DNA of 64,000 bases from Callorhinchus milii. Lineage: Eukaryota. This document shows, piece after piece, positions 18,244 to 30,200 of this stretch. The stretch spans positions 97,652,001-97,716,000 of the forward strand of contig NW_024704743.1 in assembly GCF_018977255.1 (NCBI RefSeq), written 5' to 3'. Position 1 is the first letter of the stretch. The number at the start of each line of letters is the position of its first letter. The translations under genes were made by a program, and so were the position numbers. The notes beneath the pieces are model-generated. The model worked only from the letters and a program-made list of their open reading frames with translations, ran no database searches and was not told the origin of the DNA.

Positions 18244-21200
18244 CTGTTGGGAGAAAAACAAAAGCATTTAAAATTCATTAACATTAATTTCAAGAATTTA
18301 CTCTTAAATTACAAAACTTCTTTGCAAATTACAGACATCTAATTCTATTTTCAAACATTTAGAAAATAACAGATCCACAGCTATTCTTAAATGGACGAGA
18401 TGATTTTGTTCAAGCTCTCACAATGAGATACCCAGAAGTCACACTCAAATGGACAGTGCTCTGGTCAGGTCGTACCCAGGATACTGCAATCACTTCTAAG
18501 TGCTGCTTGGATGGATTGCTGCTTGGTCAATAATAATTTAGCATTTAATATAGAGCCTTATCACGTCGTCGAGACATCTCAAAGTACTTCACAGAATATA
18601 TTGTAAAGTGAATTGACTGTGTATTTTGTGGGTGGAATGCGGCTGCCAATTGGCACACAGCAGTGTCCCAAAAACAGTTGTGGATTGAGTGACCAATTGT
18701 TTTTTGGGGGGGAAGGATTGGGAGAGCGCTGCTTGAATGGAGGAGAGCGCTGCAGGTTTGGGAGGTTTAAGCATTTGCAGATGATGTCACATCAAAAAGG
18801 AAGCAAATCACAAGAAAATATTTAATCAGTTTCAGGATGCGGATCTTTTGGGATCTGGACTGATGGATACTGCATGTCTTGAAAACAGATGTTTTGCAAT
18901 TACAATTTATTACACATTACAATTTTCTACATCAGTGGTGGCAAACCCTTCAAGAAGTGGTTCACCAAACATTCTCACTAGTCTAGTTAAGTCCATGTTC
19001 AATCAATAAATCAAGAAATATTAAATCAAGAAAATTTATTTTGTTGGCCGACCAAAAACGTCGGCCACTACTGTACCATGAAGTCAGACATTAAATAATC
19101 TACGTTTCTTCCTCAAAATTGTAACTTACCTAATTGTCAGTTCAAATATCTGCGCAAGTTTGTCATGGAGCAGGTTCGACTGTGAAAAGAAGAAAACTAG
19201 TTTGAAACGGAATTCCTAATACAAAAACTGCTGCAATCTGACATTAAACAATATTGTAGATCAACAATCCATTACTTTTGCAAGGTTTAAATTTAAGCAA
19301 TCAAAGATTACCAACTGTTAAATAGATATAATAATGCTCAGTGCAAAGCAAAATATTTTTTAAATCATGTATTTGAAGCACACATTCTATAATAATGGTA
19401 AACATAAACAAGAGTTATTTATAATTATCCATTAAGATCATATACTGGATAAAAAAACAATTGGGAAGATCATCGGTTGCGTATTACACATCCATCAAAA
19501 GCCTCTCATATACAATACTACTTACACCTTGGGAAAAAACACTAAGAAAATAACTTACATTTTAATTATAATGAAGGTTTTCACTTAAGGCAAAATGTAA
19601 ATGTTATGATCTAACGTACAAAAGCCGCAGGTACATACTGCAGTAGATGCATATTGTTAAAGACTTTACAGCTTAATTTCACTGCAGTTGAGGTAAATGC
19701 AATTACATTACCAGGTTACCTCACCTTGGATTCACACTGAGCTGCAATTTCCTCAAATGGTGCCTTCTGAAACTTCTCAATTACTTGCCGCCGCTTTTCT
19801 TTTTCCTGTTCTTCCAGGTTTTGGTTATCTGCTTTAATGGGTAATGCAAATAAGATTAAATTAAACTGAAAATTTCATACAAACTGTATGGCACTAAAAA
19901 TATATTTTCAAACCTCAAACTTTTTAAAAGAGGGTTGCTAGAGTGTGGTTACGCTTTACCACAAATGGCTGTCAAACCTAAGTCTATGACTGCATTTCAA
20001 GTGGAAGAGGATAAATTCTTGAAAAAAATTCAGTGATACAGGGAAAGAGCTGGGGAATGGCATTAGAGAATTCTAGTGGGAGAACTAGCACCAGGGCAGA
20101 CCCGCTGGGCCTGAATGGCCTTTTTGTGCTGTAAACACTCTATGATCCAACACATTAGTTTTAGTTTTCTAGGTTACACTTTAGGCACAAGGAACTCATG
20201 CATAAATTGTGCTTTAAAGCAGCCCCATCTCCAAACAGTGGAGTCCTGTAGCTCAGTGGTTAGAGCACGTGCCTTGTAAGCGAGAGATCTGAGTTTGATT
20301 CCCGGCAGGGCGAAATGCTGGGCAAGTTTCTATACTCTACACACCTCTGTTTACCTAACAATAGTTAAGAACCCGGTTGTTAGTCAATTGGTGGATTGCT
20401 TTTCTGGGGGTAATAATTCCTTCAAAAAAAATAAAATTAAAATAAATTTGTCACTTCAATCCACGACTGTTTGTGGGACACCGCTGGGCGCAATTGCCTG
20501 CCGCGTTTCGCCCACAAATTATACAGTCAATTCACTTTACAGTATATTCTGTGAAGCTCTTTGAGACATCTCGAAGATGTGATAAGGCGTTACATCAAAT
20601 GCAGGGATTATTTACTACTGTGAAACTGTATAGTGCCATAATAAAGTTCATAAAGATTTTTAATTTCAGTGTAGGTGAGTTACTGTGGTGTTGATAAACA
20701 TCTTGCATTTTATCTTTATCTCTGAGATGGCAGGTTGATATAAATTCATGATGTCTATAACAAATCAGCCGATAGATTTACAGTGCTGAAAAAACCAAGG
20801 CTAGCATATGGAGTTCAATAATTCCTTCGTCTCAAACCTGGTTTCAAAGTGAAACTATTTGGCAGCTTCAATTCTGATGACCTTAATTGAGTCTTTGGCC
20901 AGCAAGCAGTATGGAAGGTCTCAAAGGTACTGCATTTCATTCCAGAATTCATGAAATCCCAGAACAATTGTGTTTTGTAGTGCGGATAGTAGTGATTGTC
21001 CAGCCTTCCAAGGCAATGTTTTTTTCTCTCAAAACAAACAAACTTATATAAACTGAAACTAGCACCTGGACTTCATTCTGTAGTCTTAAAACCAAAGCAA
21101 TCTAAATTACATTGTTGGGCAAAGCTGCCAAAGCTCAATGTTGCTGTTGATGTGCACTCCATCACTCAGCAATAATAATTTATGCAAAGGGAAAATATTA

Positions 21201-24200
21201 ATAGGATTACTGCATTCTATGGGGCCAAAGATGGATTAAAGGCTTAAGCAAGGTATTTTCACAATCTGTTACTCATTATAACAAGTAGTTCAAATGGTCC
21301 TTTATGCAAAATTGCATTAAACTAATAATACTAATAGCTGCATAGTTAGTCAAGAAAAATCTCTAAAAAAAAGCTTTGAAGGCCCATAAATCTGCTGATA
21401 CAGTGTGGCCCTGTTATAATGTACTTCTTTATCTATGGCTTTCCTAAGTGGCATACCAATGGCTTTCTTCAGTGTTTCAAAGGTGATTTCTTCAGCCATC
21501 TTGCTCTGAGGAAACAAAGTAAGTAAATGAAAAATAATCAAATACAAGAAGCTTAGACTTTACATGTACAAGAACAAGATTACATTTGTACAGCTCCTTT
21601 CAAGTCTGGAGGACGTCCCAAGTCGCTGGATAATATAAAAAATATTTCATTGGCTTATTATAAATACGATTGTGACTATGACAGGAAAGGGGAATGGTTA
21701 AACAATTCTCTGTGTTTCTAACTAAGCAGCATTGGCAAATAATGTGTAACCTGGAGAGATCAGTAGATAGGCAAATGAGGAAACAAACCAGATCCACTGC
21801 AAAATAAATGGAATTTTATCAGATATTTTGGCAATGGAACAATGCTCAACTAGACATTTAATCATAACAATTGGAATGTATGGTCAATTTCAAAAGATTT
21901 CCTTAAAAATTATCTTCAACCCCCCGCCCCCCCAAAAAAATGCTTCAAAACAGTAATGATTACACGTTCAGCAAAAATAGGGTAAGGAATAAATTGTACC
22001 TAATATTATCTGGGGGAGGGTGGGGGGGGGGAGAGAGAAGAGAATTTAAGCGGGGTTCCTCCTTGGAGCTAATCTGGCTCCAAGATGGCGTAGTTGGCAA
22101 AGGAATGTCGGCATTGTGTCAATCCTCTGTAGTGGTCTGGTGGTCCGGTTCCTGAACCAGGCAGATCTACAGTATTTGAGAGCACTGCCAACGACAGTGC
22201 CATCCAGCCTGCTTTATTAGCAGGATTTGGAGGGGGAGATTGGCAACAGGGATGCTTCCCAACCAACGCTTGTTAGCTATGCAAGTCAAAGCTCTAACAG
22301 GTTGGGTGGTACTAACTAGACAAGCAGGAGGAAGTTTGGCAAATAGTGCCCTTAATGGCAAGCAATGCAGTTTTAGCTGGTAAACTCCAGCTTTACTCCA
22401 ATGCAAACTCTGGGGTCCCTTAGTCTTAGCTCTTGAGCATAATACTCCCTAGAATTAGGTACATCACACCAGGGAGAGAGCATATTTCATTCCAGACACA
22501 GGGAAATTTCCATTTGTAGGTTGTGTATATAGGTGGGACTCTACCTGGTTGCATACCCTTATAATATAGTAATGGGTTTCTACATGTGTCAGACGCCCTG
22601 ATGACCAAAAAAAAGTATTGTAAAAGTTTTAAATTTGAATGGTTTTATCCCTTCAAGTAGATTCAGATAGGAGAACAAAGTCGCACCTTGTCCTGTTGTA
22701 TGTTGACACCAATAAGATCCACCTGGATTGATACGGTCTCCACAATGCTCTTTCTTCTCGACAATCTATCTTCATCTAAAAAAATTCAATGCAACATTTA
22801 AAATCAAGCGCTACTTACTACTGCAATAGCCAAAAATGTGTTGCTCAGATCCATATAGAAAAGTGCTTAAATTTATTCAGTAGGTTTTATAGTGAATACC
22901 TTCTGTACTCAACACACAATCAGTTTATATCGAGAACACATCAATAACTTAATGACAATTCCAGATGAAGCCTAAATAGGAGTTACATTATACTAAAGTG
23001 TATGGGATGTGGCTACATTATTTGGGTTTAGAAATTCAGCAATATGGCATTTAAGTCTAGTTACTACAAAGCCACCTAATGCCCTCTAGCAGTATTCCTA
23101 CAAAGCACATCAGAGCCTCCACCATCAGAACACACAACACGGCATCCATTACTTCAAAAAGAAAAAGAGATAAGCCCTTAGTTCATTTTACAAGAAAAGA
23201 AAACTGAAAATAGGTGCATAAGAAAACTGCACACACGTTTACAAACTGGGCTTGGTGGGACCAAATATAATGCATCTCAGGCACTTTGTCAATGTTTAAT
23301 GTACTAAAGCCAAGGACAATGATTCCTCCACATTTCTTTCCCCTATTCTACCTTGTCAAAAGTCTCCTACTGAGATTTCTTCATTGGAAGAGTTTATCTT
23401 GATGGGAGGTGTTGCTTATTATTGCATTATACATCCAAGTGTCTCAATACTGATACATAAGATATTTTTTTACCAGGAGATTATAAAAGGGAATAAATCT
23501 ACAGAAGAAAGCTTGATGATTGACTGTCATTAGAGATTTGGTCATGTTTACATCTTCCATACTTTGTTTCCTCACTACTGGATTTGAGTTTAAAAGTGAT
23601 CAACCTATTTAGCTACTACGTGACATCAGAAAGCAAGTCAAGTTTCTATTGTTTGGTATCAATAGTTGAACATTTAAGAAGCAATTACATAAATTAACTA
23701 CTGAGGCACGGTAGAAGAAGAAAAGGAAATAGAATTAAACTAAAATGTAGTCCACAGGCATGTTCAAACTGGTAACACAAGGTATATTTTTGATATCCAG
23801 TATTCCCCCTCCCTACATACAATGATACAACAATCCCAGGGTCTACTGACAGAATTAAAAGAAATGGTGTGCTTTATTTGGAATTAGTGTATTAAATAAA
23901 TGAGATAACATGAGCTCACTCAGCAGGTTTTTAAACATAGAAAAAGTACTCTCCAAAATCAGGCTTCCTGAGATTAAAGGAACAAAAGCATATCTAAACT
24001 GTTCAATATTATACTGTACAGTGTGTACCACACTGCCAGCAGATAAGATCAGAATGGAAATGGGTGGAAATGTGCAGTCTCTGACTTCTCAAACTAGAGG
24101 TGTAATAATAATAATAATAATAATAATCCTTGCATTTGATATAGCGCTTTTCACGTCAGGAGGACGTCCCAAAGCGCTTCACAGAACACACTGTAAAGTG

Positions 24201-27200
24201 AATTGACTGTATATTTGTGGGCGAACGCGGCAGCCAATTGCGCACAGCAATGTCCCACAAACAGTCGTAGATTGAAAATGACCAATTTAATTATTGTTTT
24301 GGGTTTTTTGGAGGGATTATTATTAGGCTCTGTGTGGAGTAAGGAAACTTGCCCAAGGTTTCGCCCTGCCTGGAATTGAACTCAGATCTCTCACTTGCAA
24401 AGCGAGTGCTCTAACCACTGAGCTACAGGACTCCACATGTGTAGACATGTCACAGGGGTGGGGTAGGAGAGAAATAATAATTTTCCCCCCACTTTGCTCC
24501 TGATACCATATCTATCAATATTCAAACCAAAGGGAGGTCTTAGGTGGACTATGCAGCTATATGTACAATACTATATACATTTAATATATGTGTGTGGTGT
24601 ATGTGAAAGAGAGATATTAATGTCAAAAGAGACATATTAAACAAATTACAAATGTCTATACCTGGAGTCTAAATGTAAGACTTGTTAAATACCAAATGTT
24701 TTCAGGATTGAGATACTTGTATCTGACATTAGAAGATGTTGTAGGTTGGATTTGCTCTTCTTTTCTAGTTATCCCAGAGCATGCCCTCTCTCCCTCCCAC
24801 TTCATGAAGTGTATACTAAAGGAGAATTACTCAACAGGAGTAAAGCCCAAGAAATGATTAGTCTTGGATTGTCATCCGATATCACTTGGATTAGAACAAA
24901 AGTGCTGTATCAGCCCACTCTGCTAAATCATTTAACAGATTTGCTTTTTTTCTAACAGAATCATTTAGTAAATCTGTAGTGAATAGTACCTCAATTTTGA
25001 TGCCCTAACTCAATGATGGAAAAAAGCAAAAATGGAAAAGGCAAATAGGCATTTTAGAGGAATTTGTATTTTAGGATCTTTGCTCCCAACACTTTTTTTC
25101 CCCATACCTCATCTAAGATAACACCTCTCTGCTTCACAGTACAATCAGTGATTTGTTCTGTGTGGAAACACATCTTATACACCACATGTGACTTGCATTA
25201 TTGTTTTTCACTTACATTACCGCTTTTCTTTTCGAGTCTGAAAAACTCAAGAGGTGGGATACAAAGACCTGCATTATAATTTAGAATGCAGTATTGCATT
25301 GTCACTTGTGTGGTATTCTATGGTCATTGTTGATAATATGCAGTAACTCATCCTGCAAAAATGTTGAAGAAAAACTTGTTTTAATATGTAAAATGACATA
25401 AATTACCAACAAGGCCCATGGAACAAAAATGTGCACACTCTCCAAGCCCTGTTTGTTCTCTTTTGAACTACTGCACACTAAAAGAGGCACCACTGGCCGT
25501 ATTCAAACCTGGGAGGTCACCAAACACCCAAACGTGATCAATGTCTTCTGAAATCATTATTTTGGGATGCAAATCTGGCATTCAAAATGAAATGGATTTT
25601 CATTGTAGTCAACAGTTAAACACATACATAAAAATGTTCAGGATTTTCCAATGTTTGACCAATTCAAAAAGTTTAATGGAAAAAACCTAAATGACAGAAA
25701 ACATTTTGAACAGTTGAATGCACGATTTAGAAGTAATTGTACGGTAAAATCACTTGAATGAAAAGTCAAATACTTAAACGATATTATTTAGTACCTATGA
25801 TCTTTCTCCTACGAAAATAGAATTTGATGTAAATGCAGTGGAGCCCTGTTATAACACTGGCCTGGGATCCATAGAATCCAACCAGCCGTTTTTACTGCTT
25901 TTCTGCTAAACTGACTGCCTCGATCCATGTACGACTGAATTGAAGGACAGAAAATGTAACTCCATTATTCAAAAAGGAAAGATAGGACAATTCAAGCATC
26001 TTTTACAAGATTCCATTTATAATCTTTTAGCCTATGTGTTCAACATCAATGGTGGGCAAATTACTGAAATCTTATCAGGGCAACAATAACACATTCTCCA
26101 GATAAATATATACAGATCAGAGAGTTTGTTTGGGTGTTGTGAAGAGTAGATCATGTCTCATAAATCAGAATTATCATAGGGGTGATAGTAAAGTAAGTGT
26201 GTGTGTTTGTGGGGTGAATCAATCGGTGTTATTGATATGGATTACAGAAAGCATGTGACAAAGTGCCACATAACAGATTAGCTAAAATTAATAATAATAG
26301 CATTTAATATAGCACTTTTCACTTCTTCTAGATGTCTCAAAGCACTTCACAGATTATACTGTAAAATGAATTGACTGTATATTTGTGGGTGAAATGCAGC
26401 AGCCAATTGCACACAACAATGTCCCACAAACAGTCATGGATTGAAGTGACCAATTTATTATTGTTTTATTTCTTGAGGGATTATTATCAGGCATGTGGAA
26501 TAAGGAAACTTGCCCAAGGTTTCGCCCTACCGGGAATCAAAACTAGGTCTCTTGCTTGCGAGGTGAGTGCTCAAACCACTGAGCCACAGGACTCCACTTA
26601 AGCACATAAGAGCTAAAGGCAAAACTGTGTCATGGACAAGAAATTGGTTGGAAGGGAGGAGATAGGGAGATGGTACAAAAATATTTTTTCTCTGATGGGC
26701 AGGCAGCGACCCATGGTGTCTCCCAGTGATTGGTCGTCAAATCCCAGTTCAGAGTCAGGCACCCAATCTTACTGAGGATATATTAGCCTTGGAGGATGTT
26801 CAGTGTCATTTTATTAGATTAATACCTGGACTGAAGGGGCTTGGCTATGATGAGAAGCTTGGGACGTGAAAGGCGCTATACAAATATAATTTTGTTGTTG
26901 TTATATTACTTAAGAGAGGAAAGGGTGATTTGATTGTGGTGTACAGATTTATGACAATTGGAATGCTCAGCCCAAGAAAGCTATAGAGGTAGAAACAATA
27001 GGGGTATTTAAACAAGAGATGGACAGATATCTGGGCAGTAGAGGTATTAGGGGCATGGAAAATGGGTGGACATTGGGGATCAAAGAGTTATCAAGATCTC
27101 ATAAACTGGTGGAACAGGCTTGATGGACAGAATGACTTCCTGTTCCCACTTTTCTATCTACGAAACGACATAAAATTAAATCACAGATCAGACGGGGCAT

Positions 27201-30200
27201 AGTGAGATGTAGATTCAAAACAATTACCCCAATATAAAAATGATTGGTGTAAAGGCAGGACTAAACGAATGCAATGCGAACCAGCACAGGCATAATGGGC
27301 TAAATGGCTTCCGCCTGTGCTGTAGATTTCTATGGTTTAATGTTGAGGTCCTGATCTCAAACATGTTTCTGTGGGAAAGTTGAGCAAGAGCCCACGCACT
27401 TCCCACAGAGGAAGAAAAAACAAAACAGAATGTCACAACGGGTTGCTTTTGCACACCTCTTTATGGCAAGTTTCAAAGCAATAAAATTGCTATGCACCAG
27501 ATGGCTTTGCTACAGGAAGGAAACCAATTTTCTTGGCCAGCATAGCGAGTGGGACTGCAATAAAATAAAAAAAATACTCTTCATCTTAAATCCCCACAAA
27601 CAGATGGACTGATGATGGTTGCCACTCATTTAATTCTTATCTATTGACTGAGGAGAGGAAAGCTGCTTGATAAGTTTCCTTGGTTCCCAATCAAGCATGA
27701 TTTACATACTGAGAAGAAATGTTGTGGCATAACTTTCTTTATGTTCATAGTAGAAAGGTAATTTGATGTTTTTCTCCATAAAGGCAACAGATTTGTGTTG
27801 CCTGATACCACTAACATGAGCAGAGAGTCATGTCACACCTCTATATGTCAGGTTTCAAACGGCAGCACACAGCCTGCCCATATGTTTTTTTTAAAAAAAG
27901 TTTCTGAATGGAGTGCACTTTTCCAATTTGGTGGAGATGCATTACTGCCATCCAGGACCAAACAAAGCAATAACATTACATTTATATGAAAAAAATTCCC
28001 TCAAGTAGAAAGATTAATAGCATTCCTAAAAGATTCAGTAAGAAATTGAAACACTTCTTATTGCTGGCAATTTCAAAACACTGCAAATGCAATGGGCAGT
28101 GGCAGCAGGCACAAATTAAGACAAACTCGCCACGGTGAAATGCAGTTTTCGTTAGAACAGTAATATTTACCCTCAAGCTGAATGGGGTTAACTTTAGCTG
28201 AATCACAAAAAGAATTTTCTCTCACCTCAAATAACACCCTTATTCCAGCAATCATTAATTTTCCTCTCCCCAAAACACAGCAAGCTTTTAGCTAAACTTG
28301 GAGCAATTAGTGTCAATTGCAATTGCTTCTATTGATAGCAAAAGGCCCCAAATAAAAGATTTATATCTAAGAAAGGTGTTTTTTTCCTCCTTTAAGGGCT
28401 CATAGAAAAAGTACAAATCACACATTTTGTCACCCTACCTACCCAATGGCCCTATTTTCACCTGCAGGCTGAGTTGACTACAGCTAATAATGGGTTTGCT
28501 CATCCATGCAAACACAAACATTTGCATTTAGCATAGCACTAGTTTGGGAAATGCTGCCCAGCATCTATTAACCAACTGTACTTCTAAAGCATTGACAATC
28601 AAGTGAACTAATATTCATTGCAAAGATGCATCCATGATTTTTACATGGTGAGCTGCTAGCAAACTGTTGTTTACCTCTTGATTTCCGTCTGCACTTACGT
28701 CTGGCTTTTCCTTTCAGGAAAAGCTGATTGAGAACTGGACACAAAATAAATTGCAGAGAATAGTGACTACACATGAGAAAACTGGTGAAAGAAACAGTGA
28801 TGCATTTTAGAAAGTATGCACTCTTTAGAGGATTCAGAAAGAAAACACAACATACCTTCTGGCTGGTAACATCAAACTGTAGGTTAAGCAATATGCAGTT
28901 TAGGAACTTAGAACAATTCTCAGAACCAAGCTTATGGTCTTCAAGTAGCCTTCAGCAGCCAACTATGGATGCTGCTTCAGCAGGGGGAGCTGCTGACTAC
29001 ACCAGCCATTGCTGGGAATTTCAACCCCAACATTTTACAAGCTGACAATTCAAATTAATCCATGTAAACAAATTAAATTAAATCATGGTGAAACATAGCT
29101 TTGATTTATTTGCTGAATTCCCAGGAAGCTTAGTTTTTCCAGTGTTGAGTTTTCCCTACTTGAATGGTTATGCAACTTTTGTGAATACAACACATGCATC
29201 ATCCTAAACCTCGATGCACATTAATGGTCACCTCCTTCAACCCCACTAGCAAAGCATGTTGTGATCAGGATTATTTTGAGTCACCACTATAGGTGACTTA
29301 ACATTCGATTGCACAGCAATAATTTGCATGAAAAATTATTTCACTTTACAAATCTTCTCAGTCGACTAAGAATTTAATTGCAATTTTTTATTAGACATTT
29401 CAGAACTAAATAACATTTTTAAAAAATCAACTGGGAAATGGAATATCCAAGTCATAATATTTAACTGGACGTTAAACCAGTGGCATATATTTCATATGAT
29501 AGTCCAATTGTATTAAATATTATCTTATTACAGGTTCAAAATTGGAACCTGTAATAAGAGTCAAAGCTCTAACAATATGGAAGTTCTACAATAATCATCC
29601 TCCTTCTCCCCACCCACCTGCCCTCCACTCTCCCCGATCCCGACCCCCAACTCGGGTCCAAAACATTGATTGGAACGTTCTCCAGACTTGAAAGGTGCTA
29701 TACAAATGTAATTTTATTGTTGTTGTTGCAACGACAGAAAAGTCACTAGTATACATTGTTTAGTTTAATGATTTCCATTTCCATGGGACAATTTTAAATT
29801 AAACAATTAAGTCTACCAATGAGGTACCAATATTCTTTTCCTCTTCCAGATTTCCTCTTGAGAAGAATAGTCAGGCTCAAATAAATTGTTCATGTTTTTC
29901 ACACCAGATTTTAGACTGAAAGAATGGCTTTGTTCATGTGTCACTGCTATATTGACATTGTAAGCCCAGCACGTGCCTCGTAATGCACAGAAAAGCAAAA
30001 AAGGTTAAAGCGATTTTTTGCCACTGTGCTGTTTGATACTGCAAATGATTCTGTTGGTAATGGATCAGCAGTTTAGGTAAAATTTGGCTCAATCAGAAAA
30101 ATGCCTCCAGCTGAGATATATAAACATTGATAACAGGTAATAAATAACAATGCCACTCATACCTGTGACTTGGGGCACATATGGCACAGATAACTTTTCC

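Noticed and set aside
18933..19073. Possible hAT/Charlie MITE (CAGTGGTGGC..GCCACTACTG)
   Set aside because: Only about 10 bp of imperfect TIR and no 8-bp TSD; insufficient evidence.
25836..25860. Tigger/pogo-like TIR (CAGTGGAGCCCTGTTATAAC; similar near 21400)
   Set aside because: Single ends with no recognisable partner TIR.
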